DNA of 51,699 bases, from positions 14,645,492 through 14,697,190 of the forward strand of contig NC_068998.1 in assembly GCF_001194135.2 (NCBI RefSeq), in the 5' to 3' direction. Under the pieces are notes generated by a model. That model searched no databases. It was not told the origin of the DNA and was given only the letters and a program-made list of their open reading frames with translations. Positions within the stretch are counted from its first letter, which is position 1. Each line of letters begins with the position of its first letter. This document shows positions 34,801-48,875 of the stretch, piece after piece. Origin of the DNA: Octopus bimaculoides. Its lineage: Eukaryota. A program made the translations under genes and the position numbers.

Positions 34801-36845
34801 CTATTGCCCGTACCTATAAGGAGACATCTAATTATTTCCTTAGTATTATAGCTGTAGTTGTAATAATATTACGTGAATCTTTATGAAATGCAAGGATAAG
34901 GTTTATACTTACTCACTTTAGATTTCGCTCCGTTATATTGTTAGCTATAGTTCAGTAATCCCCTCACTACAAGATCAAGTCCTATGTGTAAAATGTAGAT
35001 TCAAGCTGATCAGTTTTGAATAATATATCTAGATTACAGTGTTCTCCTCTATTAAATAAGTTCATCCTCATGGTCATTAAATCATAAGTATCAATTCAAA
35101 CATAGTATGCATACCTATGTATATATTAATATTTTACATGCCTGCTATGTGTGAATGTGTGCATATATACGACCGAATAAATTCCAGACGTACTGTGGTG
35201 TATGCAGTAAGATTTTTCATACTCACTATTGCCAATTTAGGAGTTGGTTTCAGTAATACTTTGTAATATTTCCGACTTTATTTTGCTATTACACGCTCCA
35301 AAGATTAGAAAAGAAACAGATACTTCATATGATATCTTTCCCTCGACATCAATATTTTTCTGCACCTGATACTGAAATTCAGTTAGGCTTGTTGATCAGA
35401 AATCGATATGCCCAACTCAAGTTTATTATAAGGCAAATGACAACATATTGCAAATATTTAGCGTATGTGTGAGAATATTCTGCTTGAATATATTGTAATA
35501 GGCATAAACACACAGAAATACGACTGAGACTATCGCATTAATACAGGCTACACAAAATATACTTGTTAAGTCTGTATTAAGTTTATAAGAGCCAATTTAA
35601 TGTTGTTGGAAATGTTCGTTGTGAGTAAATGGCATCTGCTAAACTAGTATAATGAAATATATATGTCTACAATGGAAATATAAATGTTTATTTATTCCAT
35701 CCAAATATATTTACTTCGTGGTCAATATCGATCACCTACCTGTATTTGATAATTATATTAACGTAATATGTTTTGAAATCAATTGATGCGAACTGATGCA
35801 TATTGATTTTTAATATTAGCTCAAGCCCACCACTCTTGGGAAGGACGTAGTTGTTTGTAAAGACATATTACTTGTGGCTTACTATATTTGAATGATTCAT
35901 GTAAGTGAAAGATGAAGAAGATATTGGACAATTTAATCTCTGGTCTTACACTGGCTATCGATTAAATACCGCAGAGCACTTCGTCTGACGTTCGAACAAT
36001 ACTGTGAATCCATTGGACTCTTAAATAAATTCATATTAATAGTGTGAGCTATCCTTCGGTGTAGATCTATGAATGTTTTCCGTAACTTGAAGTAAGGGAC
36101 TTAGCAATGCTCACTTGTATTAATACTCCTGACTATATCTCTAGTAGAGTTCAAGTAAATCATCAAAATTGATTTTGATTGCTGATTCGAGATTTTTTAC
36201 ATCTTGCTTTCGCTTCTCGCAAATTACGAGCTAAACAATATTTCAGGCTACAAAAGTAGTTTTCAACGATAAAAAGAAGGGAAATAAAGAACATGTCTAA
36301 AATTATCAAATGATTTTATATGTAACTAATTTCGTATTCTAACTTAACTTTTACAAGCTACCATACTGGATGGGAATCAAGAATTATATCATTATAATTC
36401 AATAGGACACCACCAAAGCACGAGACCAAAGAGTTTCATTGCTAATAATTCCTCACTTCGAACATTTAAGTATTTAATGACTTAATCTATCTACATCATT
36501 TCATACGACTGTTAAAATTTGGGTACTCGAAACAATTTTTATTTATTTTAGTGATGCCTGAACAGAATCAGGATGTGATAGAATAACACCGAGTAAAAAT
36601 TCTTGCTCACAGCACCCGAATGATGACCTAAAACTAAATATCTGGTCTAATTAAATAGACAAGAAATTGAAAATTTTTCCCCGGTGGCAATAAAATGTTT
36701 TGAAACAATTTTGGATTTTCAAATCATAAACGATAACCCGCTATAGAATAACAAAAGTCTCAGCTTCGAAATGGATAGAGTCAACCATAATTCGTATTAG
36801 ACGCTCGCTCTAAAAAATACAGTTCTGATTCGATACTTCAAATAT

Positions 36846-37058
36846 TGGTTTCAAATTATGGCAACATGCCTGTATTATCGAGAGAGAGGATTAAGTCGAT
36901 TATACCGACTCCAGTGATAGACTGTTATCTATTTTATCGACTCCGAAAGGATGGATGGCAAACACGACCTCGAGGGCATTTGAACTCAGAACATGAAGAC
37001 GAAATGCCGCTATGATTTTGCCCGGCGTACTAGCGATTCTACTTGCTCGCTGCCTTGG
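36846..37058 (-). mobile_element. SINE family A, full length
   Basis: Reverse complement caaggcagcgagcaagtagaatcgctagtacgccgggcaaaatcatagcggcatttcgtc...gagttcaaatgccctcgaggtcgtgtttgccatccatcctttcggagtcgataaaatag. Confidence 0.88.
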
Positions 37059-37317
37059 ATATTTCAAATTGCCAGATAGTTTCTTTTGCATGTACAGTCT
37101 AAAATCCATACTTTCCTTACCTAAATTAATAATGAGCCTAGAGTGAGAAAATAAGTCTGCTCTCTTATACATAGTCAATCTGCATGCTTAATCGTGAATC
37201 ATAAAGTGCACACGCACAGATGTGCACACACACGCACAGATGTGCACACACACGCACACAACACACACACACACACATACACACACACACACAAACACAC
37301 ACACATATATATATAGC

Positions 37318-37364
<47 letters not shown>

Positions 37365-38404
37365 CATGGTTTAGAATAACGGATATGCTAACGGAGACGC
37401 TTAGCGTTAAAATGGTACGGATGCACATAATAGAAAGGACAATTTCGAAGTAACCGACCGATCTTTCCCGATCTTTCCCGATCTTTCCCGATTACCCACC
37501 ATTTCAAGTGAGTGCGAGATCTGTATAATATATCTATGATTATTAACAAGAAGGCCTTATATTGCTATGTGTGGCTTTCATAATCGAACTGATACGATGA
37601 AAGTAGAGTAAAAAGTTTTTTATAAAATACCATTCTGACTTCGACTTTAAGTTTGTTCACTGGTTCAATAAGCCTTGAGGCATATACTAAGTACTAAACG
37701 AGACTACAAAAAACGTAATACAAAATCTTGATAAAAGAACTTCACCAGGAAATTAAGTTTAAGTTCTGCACGTTTAATACATTTTGAATTCCAGTCAAAC
37801 TAAAGTGTTTAAGTGCAAATATAAATGTTACGTTGTCTTCTTCGTATATGTGTGCATATAAGTGGTTTTACAACATATATGTTTAAACAACATCCATTCA
37901 GACGTACCTGTCCATTCATAATATCGTTCATACATTGACACATCAACTTATATACGGAAATAAAATTTTAAGTATATAATTCAACAAGTTTTAATAGATG
38001 CAGTAGTTGGCAATCCCATTTCATATATGACCGATGATTGACCTTTAGTTGCTTCGATATTTTACATTCATTAATATTTAATTAGTAATTACTGATATTT
38101 ATGTTTATTTACCAATCTTTGTGTTTTGATAGTTTTCCTTCTTCTTTAGTCTGTCTCCGCATTTGAACTTCTATTTTCTTTTTTTTTCTTCTTTTTTTTT
38201 GCCTTTAAATTTACATACCAGATGCCTGCTGAAATTACATTAAAATCTCCTTGGAATAGCAACAAATTTAGTTTATAACTTGAGCACAAATACCTATTTG
38301 AGAAAATTTTTAATCCTCTTTCTTGATAATTAAATAGCAAAAGGAAAATTTTTCTGCAGTGACTGAATAAGCCATCATGAGAAATTTAATATCGAATTTT
38401 ACCT

Positions 38405-38447
<43 letters not shown>

Positions 38448-38545
38448 NNNNNNNNNNNNNNNNNNNNNNNNNNNNNNNNNNNNNNNNNNNNNNNNNNNNN
38501 NNNNNNNNNNNNNNNNNNNNNNNNNNNNNNNNNNNNNNNNNNNNN

Positions 38546-38596
<51 letters not shown>

Positions 38597-39224
38597 CTAT
38601 CTGCCGACTACTAGAATGGAATTTTACGGTAGACTGCTATACAGTGGCAGATAAAAAGTTTCAACTTGACAAAAATACAAATCTGTATCACCCTTCCTTT
38701 GAATGACAGATGGCATGAAGCTTCTTGAAGAGATCTAAAGAATCTTTGGAGTATTTCTCCTTTAAACAAGAAACTGTTAAGATGACCATAACGTTATATT
38801 GTCTAAAAACAAAATTACTTTACTTTTCTGCTTTATTATTGCTTGTCTCTTTTCAAGTCATGTTACTTCTGGACTGGTCAACTCAAACGAGAATTTTTTT
38901 TTTAGATGGAGGGTGTCAGTAGGGCTGGTGATGATTATATAACATTTATGAATGATTCTGATGAATCAATCTTCGATATTTTGTTTAGTACTAGTCATCT
39001 GTTGATCGCCGCATATTTTCTTAAATAATAAAGCAATGCTCAGAAGATCAGTGTACCGCGAAACAATTGTAAACCAATGCAATAAAAAGATTTACTCACT
39101 CCATTCTTCTTAGTCATATTTGCAGTGTCTCTGCGGATATTTGTGCATTTTCAGGCAGGTGTTTGATATAGCAATCTCCGAATTGCCATCTTTTCAATAG
39201 TCTGAACATGCGTATGCGCTTAAT

Positions 39225-39450
39225 AGGGTACACTTCAAGCTTGCTTCCCGGCCCCATAGTACTGGGCTCATTCCCACTGCATGGAACATTGGGCGAGTGT
39301 CTTCTACTATAGTCTCGGATCGACCAAAGGCTTCTGAGTGGATTAGGTAGCCGGAAACTGAAAGAAGACCGTCGTATGTGAGTGTGCGTCTTTGTGTATC
39401 TGTGTGGCCGCCATCAACGTGTTACAACCGGTGTTGGTGCATTTAGGTAG
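39225..39450 (+). mobile_element. SINE family B, head plus partial tail
   Basis: ttgggcgagtgtcttctactatagtctcggatcgaccaaaggc...ggaaactgaaagaagaccgtcgtatg. Confidence 0.82.
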
Positions 39451-39693
39451 GTTGTGAAGATTTATCTTTGTCAATCCACTGCCTTTTGCGTTTAACATTG
39501 TCATAAAAAAATCCATTTTCCCCCTCCTGTAATGATTATCATTGAGAAACGGGCCATTTCTCTGCCTTGGAAGAAAACTTGTGGCTGTGATCTTCCCTAT
39601 GCTTTTCACAAACACAAACACTCGGTTTATTGACTTTTCCTATCTTTTTCAAGGGGCGGCAGATGGTGGAATGGGGTGTGTTGAGGTCAATTG

Positions 39694-40143
39694 CTAAAGC
39701 CCGAGTACTTTTAAGGAACGAGGATTGAATTCCATGAATTCACTTATAGCATTTTGATCGAAGTCTAATGAGCGTCCTGAACTGAGTTGATCTCTCAGTG
39801 ACAAACCTTCGAGATGAAACTTTGGAAGCCAATTTCGAATTTGCCGGTCAGTATTGACATCTTGGCTATAAACACTCCATATTTTCTTAGCTGTTTCTGT
39901 GACGTTTTTTCCATTCTTAAACTCCCACAGAATAAAATTACTAATATGCATTTTCATTTCATCTATTTTCGGGGAGTGTAGTTTAATATTAAACGATGAT
40001 GCGCACGCTTTCCCTGCTTAAATATGAACGACAGATGTAGCTGTTTTATAAACGGTAGTTTCCGTTTCAATTTTATGAAGTTCGAAATGCGTCGTTGCAA
40101 TTTACTTTCAAACAACGGAAATTATTTATGATTCGACCCAATA
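39694..40143 (-). mobile_element. Mariner 5' fragment: TIR plus N-terminal HTH region
   Basis: TIR ta-ttgggtcgaatcataaataatttccg ending at 40143. MKMHISNFILWEFKNGKNVTETAKKIWSVYSQDVNTDRQIRNWLPKFHLEGLSLRDQLSSGRSLDFDQNAISEFMEFNPR fits the mariner N-terminus (WFxKF...L.D..RSGRP). Confidence 0.85.
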
Positions 40144-41059
40144 GACAGATAAACATGTATGTAAGATGCATGTAAGCACGTTTGCGGTTGTGGAGCACAA
40201 ACGCGAGACATATGTCTTTATGCATATTCAATATACATATGTACACACAAGTATACATATACACTTAGTACACACGCTGACTTACACACATACACGAACT
40301 TAAATAATGTAAAATGTAGCTTAAGTGAATGATATCGTTGAGGCTATCTGTGAGTAATATATTTCCTTTCACTGCATGACATTCTAATGCCATCGATATT
40401 CAATATCTTTTACATATAGATATAGAAATATGTTGTATATTTGGTTGATTTATTTTTCATTTATTTTACGAATCTTCTGCATATTATATGTTGTTAGTTA
40501 CAACCTGAATTCATTTACTTTAGAAATTGAAATTCAATATACATTTTTGTATATTTTCCGAAACCCTTCAGTGTGTCAGTCCCGATTTTCTTTCAAATCT
40601 TATAGATCGACTTTTTGTAAATGGCGGCGTATCACCTTCTCTCCCTCTCTCTTTTCGTCACTCAATCTCTTTCCTTCTCTCTCTCTTTCTCTCTCACTAT
40701 TTATCTGTCTCCCTCCTCTCTCGCCCTTTTCTGCTTACCCAACTCATAAGCGCATCAAATGCAATAAGCTGTTAGGCTATTTTTAAATAACTCTTTCCAG
40801 GTTAGGAACAGCATGTGTCCAATGTATTGCAAATTTTCCTGAGTGTTTAAAATGTGTATAGTCAGAGGCATATTTTTTCAATGTCAGGTGATTAACCCAA
40901 TGCCTAGCTTCCAAGACATGATGGGGGTCGGTTATCTGTCGGTATTTCCCTCCGTTACAAGATCGCAGTGCTGTCCAAGCTTAAGGGCTACATCTGCCTC
41001 TGATCTCAAATCTGGGTTTCCTTCTTATTCCGATCATCCTAGTCTATTGCTTCGATTAC

Positions 41060-41125
41060 AAATTCAAAACGGTGTTCCACCATGGCCGCAGTCTAATAAC
41101 TGAAACAAGTAAAAGATAAAAGCTA
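41060..41125 (+). mobile_element. Isolated family-B-type 3' tail (possibly the end of the partner LINE)
   Basis: cggtgttccaccatggccgcagtctaataactgaaacaagtaaaagataaaag; upstream 40900-41060 does not match the SINE body. A similar tail occurs at about 46740-46790. Confidence 0.6.
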
Positions 41126-41543
41126 GAAGATAGGTATTTTGCATATATTTTTCGTTTTGTACGTTTTGTCGATGTATATTTGAGTGATTGGAATCATAGA
41201 CAGATTAACGGTTAGTTTCTTGGATGCGTTGATTAAAATAATTAAGTATGTGAATGTATGTGCTTGTTCATCCATTCTTTGTGTCTTGTTATATCTATTT
41301 GTCGATGAATTTATGCATGTTTTTGAATACACATATATGGTCGTATTTAAATATGTGTGTGTGAATGCGTAAACGGGTCAGTGTGCGTAGATGTGGGTGC
41401 GTATATATATATCAGTACTTATGTGTAAGTATGATGGGTATATACATTTGTGCTTCATGTGCGTATGTAGTTTGGTGTGTATATGCAGACACGCGTTTAT
41501 AAGTATATGTATACGTGTGTACGTATATCTTTGTGTGTACGAA

Positions 41544-41628
<85 letters not shown>

Positions 41629-42984
41629 TTGTATGTGTGTCTGTGTGTGTATATATGTATCTATTTATAGACATATATATTATATGATACTATAATGTAT
41701 GTCGTCGTCATCATCATCATCATCTGCGTCATCATCATCATCATAGACCTACATATCCATATGTGTGTGCAGTTATGAATACGTATAAACGCAAATTTGC
41801 TTGTGTGCGCGCACGTGTATGTAAGATCTTATACTTGAATGAACTGATATTATTTCGATTTTAAGTTTAAGATGACAATCTCATTTTATAGTATGCTATT
41901 CTACTCCCATCGATATCGTTTTAGACAAATTGGAAAAATGACATTCTAGAATGAAAAAAAAACAAACAGAAATTGCATTTCACTTCTAATTTTGTTTGAT
42001 ATATTTCCTATATAACAAGCATTTCATGTATTCACTGTGCTATAAGTTATATCATTCTTTATTTGCTAGAGAAACAAACATTGAATAGATTTTGTACAAT
42101 TTCTGAAGCCCTTCATATTGTCAATATCGTTTTTCGTTCAGATCTTAAAGATCACAACATTATTTTAGCTTTATGACAGACGTTACTCAAGGTATTACAC
42201 TTTCATTCAATTTGTGAGTGAACACGAATACAATTCCTCAATTACACTTGCTTTTTTTGCGATATTTTACTCATATTTTTTTAATGTTTCAAATAAACAA
42301 GATGGCTTCAATATATCTCTGTTCCTTTCTCGGGAGCATCTTAGGATATCGATTCTTTGATGGTCGATTGTGTTTCTGAACTTTAATGGCTTAGATCAAA
42401 CAAGCTGTATATTGCTTTATTTTGTTATGAGTTGCATGGGCCACAATATTCTTTTATAGGGGTAGAAATATGTTATTCGATTAAAAAGACCACTTGTTTG
42501 TATTCATTTTATGAAATTGGGAATTAGAAATCAGACAGTAAAGTTGTAAATAAAATATCATAGTGCATTAGTTTGTTGCCTTACGAATTCTCTTTCTTAT
42601 GCCTTAGTCAGAAACATATGAAACAAAAAATAAATATAATATTGATTCAGTGGACACTCATCTCAGATGTTAATGAAATAAGACGATATAATTTCCATAA
42701 TCAGTACAAGGTTTGATTTTCACTGTCTTTCAGAAACACGTGAATGTAATCATTTTTATTAGTCCATCATATTTGTGATATATATTTTTTTACTTATCGG
42801 TATGTCGATTAGAGAAATACTCTGAATTACCGCTACTTGGCTGTTACAAATAACATAAACTGTATCTAATTTTCTCTTCAGAGTAAGTTGAGAAACAAAA
42901 CAGAACGTAAAACATTATTCATATACTGCTTCGATATTTGAAGCTTTTACTATTTGAACTTGAATAAGTTATTGTAACGACGCT

Positions 42985-43056
42985 TTGATGACGATGATGA
43001 TGATAATGATAATAATAATAACGACAACAACAATAGTACTACTACTCCTGCTGATG

Positions 43057-43090
<34 letters not shown>

Positions 43091-43116
43091 CAATAATAAT
43101 AATAATAATAATAATA

Positions 43117-43180
<64 letters not shown>
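42985..43180. repeat. Compound trinucleotide tract (GAT/AAT/AAC/ACT/AAT, then ATT)
   Basis: Read directly; (AAT)n switches to (ATT)n at about 43117. Confidence 0.96.
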
Positions 43181-43650
43181 GCAAATAAAGAAGAGTGCCA
43201 TTGTTATCAAATGAAGAATATTTCGACATCTTGTGTGTCTTCAGCTTCCACATTTTGCCAATTTCTATTTCAAGATCTTTATACTTGCTCAGTTTTTGGT
43301 AGGTTTTTACAAATACATTTATATCGATTAGGAAAGTCATATCAATGAGGAGGCATGGCTTTTGTCTCAAGTCTTTCAATATAATGTATAGCCTATTTGC
43401 ATCTATCTTTCTGTCAGTTTGAATGGCGAAGTTCCAGAGGAGTGATATGTGAGCATTTTCAAACACTTGAGGTGGTTTTTGTTCCCACCACATTTTATCA
43501 TGCGGTAGGTCCAGGTTTTTGCAAATTACCCTGTGAATATATTGTGCAGCTCTATCATACCTCTTGAGATACGTTGCAGAAGCAAAACGACTGCACATGG
43601 AGACACCATGGCCAATGGTCTCATTTTGTTGTTAACATACACGACTTGTG
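43181..43650 (-). pseudogene. R4/Dong-clade LINE fragment: CCHC knuckle plus restriction-like endonuclease, (TAA)n tail
   Basis: (S)RVC*QQNETIGHGVSMC is a CX2CX8HX4C relic. YLKRYDRAAQYIH (RHD-like), LLWNFAIQTDRKIDANRLYIILKD (RPD-like), LLIDMTF and KLSKYKDLEIEIGKMWKLKT. The frame then jumps to a short end and (TAA)n. Confidence 0.92.
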
Positions 43651-45875
43651 TATATATTGTTTTCCCCGCAATCAGATAAAATCTGAAAGATATTTCTTGA
43701 ATTGGAAGTTTTTCTCGCTTTAAAAAAAATATAGTAGTTGTAAGAAAAACTAGGGAAAAAATTAACTGCCAATTTGAAAGAGAAAATTATCTTAGAACTG
43801 AAATGATCGAGAAACATTTCACAGAAATGAGATGAAAAATACATAAGCCTAGTTTGATTTTAAATAGAGGACTAGTATTTACACTCCATACTAAATATAC
43901 ACCATTATTTAATTTCATCCTTCTTGGCGTCAAGTTTAAATCCTATTATAATGAGGTAAACTATTCATGTCTACTAGGTCGAGTAATAATCAGTTCTTTT
44001 TTATTCTACCATGTGTTATCTTTAGTGTATCTTTTTTTACTTTTCCTGCTAAATACATTACACTTTTTAACGCTACCCATCTTCGTACTGTATCTAAATT
44101 CTACCCAAGTTTACTATATGTTTCGTTTCACCTTTGTTGGATTATTTCAAGTACTTGTACATTGTTCAGCTTAATGATATCGACTCTATCACTGTCTTAT
44201 AAAAAATTATCTAACAGCAATGTAAAAAATCAATACAGTCTTTGTGTTAAGATTTCTTTTTCTTCATTCTCTATAATATATACTACAGTAATGTAATCTA
44301 GAGAAAAATAATATCTTCAATATCACGGTAACAATTTTCGTTGCAATGCTATTCAACAAACAATGGCCAAGACGATAAAATATCCGTCCTGTTTGTGAAT
44401 CACAATTTCCTATTCCATTGCATTACGATTCCCTATGAAATACTTCCTCTCGTGTAAAATCAATTGCCTGATATTCGTCGATATTTGTCTTCACTTCATA
44501 TAGGAAGTTTATGCCTGTTCAAAATAAAATGATAAACGCTTTTGGTGCATATGTCGAAGGCCGATTTTGAAATCCGGTTTCCGATTTCTTATGGAGGTTG
44601 GGAAAAATGGATCCCCTCTGAAATTCGATGCTACATTTACAGAAGTAGCTTTTATCGCAAGTGTTATTGAATTTGTAGCTGCAGGCCTACAACCATAAGT
44701 TATAATATCTAAGTAAGTAATTTGAGGAGAGATAATTTGCGCAATGTATGTTTTGGACACGAATCAAACGTTGCACCAATGGCAGAACCGATCGAATGAG
44801 TTATCTATTGTATATAAAGTAAATATTCTCCTCAGCACAGTATATGTAAATCAACAGGGATTTACAAATGCATCCCTGTGTTAGGGTAATGTTGCTTTCA
44901 CTAAAAAATATTGTCTAAACGAGAAAGCCATTTTTTTCAATAATGTCCATATTGCAAACTGAGATGCGTTACTACCGCGTTGATGCACAAAAATAGTCTT
45001 GAAAAACACACATTACATATGTTTTGAAAAACATTTGGAGACAAACTCATTAGAAAATAGATAATCATGCAAATAATAATACGGTACTTATTCCGTACAA
45101 AATCTGCTGATTCTCTGTTGACAAACAGTAGCTGTCATGTGAATTTCGAGAAGAATGACGAACGAAAGGGAGATGGAATGTGGACAGGTGGGAGCTGTCT
45201 GATGCAGAAGGTAACTGCATGATTAAAGTATATAACTACACCCAGATTAGTTAAATTGATGCCTGCACAAAGAAGCTGAGGGCTAGGATGAAGAGTAAAC
45301 TAGTAGATGTTGAGGAAAACAGCGAAAGTAAAATGAAAATAAAGGGCGGAAGAGGAGGGAGAGGGGACGAGCATGACTTGTCAAGAAACTGTCGTAACAA
45401 AAAGTAAAAACATAATTAATAACATTTTGGTGGGAAAGAATATCAATAAATTTAAAGTGTCTCGTTGATAAGTTTTAGGTAACAAAATTGTATAGAGCAT
45501 GGAGACAGAAAATGGTGATATAGGCAACCGGGTTCATTAGATTTTCACACCAAACACACATTATTTCTAAAATATGTTCTGCCCTTTTTTCCATACGTCT
45601 ACGTGTGCCTTCTGTTGGATAAGTGGTGTTTATGTAATCAATAGCATGTAATGATATGTTCCCCCAAAATATAACTAAAACAACAAAATATTCTTGCGAG
45701 TATACAAACGTTATTTCGACATGAATTTGAAGTGAACAGATGAATATCAATATTTAATTGACGTAATAAGATTTGATAACTTACTAACAACAATAAGACG
45801 AAGAAATCCTGGCATGTTGAGTCTGTGGCACCGTCTGACATTTTCGCATCTAATGAAACCGAAAAGAGAAAATAG

Positions 45876-46064
45876 GCAAAAGGCCTGAAATTTTGGAGGA
45901 CGGGTAGACGATTATACCGACTCCTATATTTGACTAGTACTTATCGACTCCAAGAGGTTTAAGGGCAAAGTCGATCTCGGCGGAATTTGAACTCAGAAGG
46001 AAAACACTGGAGATTTGATGCTAAGCATTTTCCTCGGTGTGCTAATAATTCTGCCAACTATCCG
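45876..46064 (-). mobile_element. SINE family A
   Basis: agggcaaagtcgatctcggcggaatttgaactcagaa...ctaagcattttcctcggtgtgctaataattctgccaac is family A in reverse. Confidence 0.83.
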
Positions 46065-46194
46065 ACAATATCACGTTTTATTTCTTACAAACAAAGAAAT
46101 AAAGTTAATCTCTTCAGAATTTTGACACATGATTGGTAAATATCTCTCACCTCACGGGCTGCAATCATAAAAATAATAGTATAAATGTAGAAAA

Positions 46195-46405
46195 CTTCGG
46201 AAATCTGGCCTAGTTAAGAAACTCGCTTCGCAAGCACCTGGTTTTGGGTGGATCCCCACAAGCTATATAACCCCAGCAGACCAATGCATTGCGACGGATT
46301 CCGGTTCATAGAGACTGTAGTTAAAGTTTGACGCACACGATCGCGATCGCGAGATCGTGGTTTCAACACCTGCATATGTTGTGTTCTTAAGTAAAATAAT
46401 TCGTC
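46195..46405 (+). mobile_element. Adjacent degenerate SINE heads (family B, then family C)
   Basis: gttaagaaactcgcttcgcaagcacctggttttggg resembles the B head; cacgatcgcg..gatcgtggtttcaacacc...gttgtgttcttaagtaaaata resembles the C head. Confidence 0.5.
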
Positions 46406-46946
46406 TCATGTCAATCTTCGATCACTTCGATTTGATGGAGAGAATAAGCTAATGTACAGCACATACATTCAATCATTTTAAACAAATCACGTGTAGCTTG
46501 TTTAGCAAAAAATTGTAGAAGACTCTGTATGTGTGTGTGTATGTTTACTGGTATATGTGAGTTTATGTGTATGTGTGTGTGTACGCGTGTGTGCACGTGC
46601 GCGTGTCGTTTTGACTGTGCGATAGAGTTAGCGCTTGACATTCGGTTTGGTTCCTTTACATTACATGTATCTTTTTCTATAGAAAAAGTATGAGACTTAA
46701 AACAACAAGTATTTGGACTGATTCATTCGGATAAACCCATCTAGATGGTGCCACAGAGGGGCTGCAGTCCAATGAGTGAAGCAAGAAAAACATAAACGTT
46801 ATGTATAAAATATAAGAATGCAGGGCATCGTCATGAACGAAATTCGTTAGTTCATGAGTCACTTGGATCAGGACTCACAAAAGTAAGAACATCAAAACTC
46901 ATAGGTTTCAGGTTAATGTGTGTTCAAAGACTCATCTCATTTGAAC

Positions 46947-47120
46947 CTCAAGTTTGCTAACGCCATTATAATACTTTCCAGAAAGCTGCAAAGACATTCG
47001 TCGGAAAGAAGTTTTACTTCAATGAAAACACACAACAGCGATTAGCATATATACGTTCGAACCTGTCAGGAACGTATTGACGAAGAATATTCATGGCATT
47101 GTTTTAATATTCACTGTTGA
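46947..47120 (+). pseudogene. Possible hAT transposase C-terminal dimerisation-domain remnant
   Basis: LKFANAIIILSRKLQRHSSERSFTSMKTHNSD*HIYVRTCQERIDEEYSWHCFNIH resembles hAT L..LA..IL....S....ERSFS.MK..K...R..M.QERL......IH. Confidence 0.4.
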
Positions 47121-48071
47121 TTTCGTATATGGCGATTTATTATTGATTGCTAGACATCTGCAAGCGTCAGCAAATAATTTGTTTCCTGAAGTTATAAACA
47201 AGAGCCACAAAGTCTTGTTAGGCACTCTCTCGTTCAGAGCGCCTTTGGCTTACGAGACACAATGATGTCAAAACACTTAATGTTTCACAATATCTTTATA
47301 CTCGTCGATCGAGTGTGTCACGAACACATACGTCTTTAAGAAATTGTTCTCCAGTGACAAAACTCAACATTGATTATCATATTCACGTTCAAATCTGTTG
47401 GGAACATATCGAAAATGAATATGAGTGATTGTTTTGATTCTTGCTGTACACTCTGTAAATGACGATTTATTATATATATTCTACATCATTCATGTAGAAG
47501 ACGTGTATTTATATCGAAAATGTTGGGGGTTAAAACCTAAACTAGGTCATCAACAATTTAAACTCAGATATGAATCAACAAATAGAAATGCCGAATGTGT
47601 GTATCATATGATTTTGTCCCTTTACAATCTGTAGCGTATTTTCTTAACATTTTGCCAGCATAAGGCGTCGAATTAGTGAAGTAGGAATCACATTAATAGC
47701 TATAGTTTTGCCTCATTTAATGAATTAGCAATGATTGAGATGAATCCTTATTGAATAATTACAATTGAAAAACTACTTTATTACACTATTAATCAATTTA
47801 CATTACACCGTTGCAATCTAATGCACGCACGCACACACACAGACACACATATGTATATACATGCGCACACATGCACACACATACATGCACGCGCATACAT
47901 GCATACGCTGTATGTCTATTTAGACAAAATGTTGTAGGATGGAATAAAGGAAAAAATGAGATTTCAGGAAATTTGAAGAAGTGGTGTGTGTGTGTGTATA
48001 TATATATTTATTTATTTATTCATTTATAAATATATAAACATATATATGTCTGTTTGTGTGCGTATGTGAGT

Positions 48072-48158
<87 letters not shown>

Positions 48159-48404
48159 GATAGATAGATAGAGGATCTAACGTAAGTTAATTATAAGGGA
48201 AAATATTCTTAGAGCAATTCACTTACGATAGGACTATGCTAATGAAATATAATCATCTTGAGAGTTGTAAACAGAGATCAGATAATGTATGCTTAGGAAT
48301 GTTATACGACCACAGTCCAGTGACTGAAACTAGTAAAGGGTAAAGGGATAACTAAGCTCACACACACACACGCACACACACATACACACATGCACACACA
48401 AATA

Positions 48405-48875
48405 TATATAGTTGAAATTTACAGAAAAAAGAAAGACAAGGATAGGTGTATAAACAACAACAGTTGTATTAGTTTGACGCTCGGGAAGGTGAGAAAGTCT
48501 TTTACATTTCGAGCCTACGCACTTCAACAGAAAGGAACACGAGGATATCAACAGAGAGAGAATTAAAAAAACGTGGTTTTAGCGGTCAGTCTGTGTATAC
48601 ATATATATAGTTGAATTTTTTAGAAAAATAAAAGACGAAGACAAGCGTATGAACAACAAAACCGTTCGAACACAGACAGTTGTTGTAGTAAATGACAAAT
48701 AGAGCGGAAATGGCGAGAGACCGTTGCGTCATTGCCGAGTCTGATGTCTCGGAGGTGCTCTGCAAACCGGTCAGCCCAACGGCGTCCCGTTTGACCAAGG
48801 TACGGGGAAAGGTAGAAAGAGCAGTAAATAACATTATTAGAAGTCGGTAAGTGCAGGTAAAGGGCATTTTGATAC
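48405..48875 (-). mobile_element. Penelope 3' module: GIY-YIG endonuclease remnant plus partially duplicated pseudo-LTR
   Basis: Minus frame FTCT/..NNVIYC...YLGQTGRRWADRFAEHLRDIRLGNDATVSRHFRSICH (about 48870-48655) is a PLE GIY-YIG with a deletion. Then two copies of ttgtctt(c)..tttt..aaa(a/t)ttcaactatatatat bracket a hammerhead-like motif. Confidence 0.88.
48499..48534 (-). ncRNA. Second hammerhead-like motif (decayed)
   Basis: CUUU-CUGUUGA-A-GUGC(GUAG)GCUC-GAAA-UG-UA|AAAG: same topology as 27786 with A6U, one stem II mismatch and a CpG-decayed stem III. Confidence 0.45.

Noticed and set aside
44509-44760. 83-aa minus-strand ORF, with a perfect plus-strand donor (gtaagt) at 44713
   Set aside because: No consistent acceptor-frame-donor combination on either strand and no recognisable domain.
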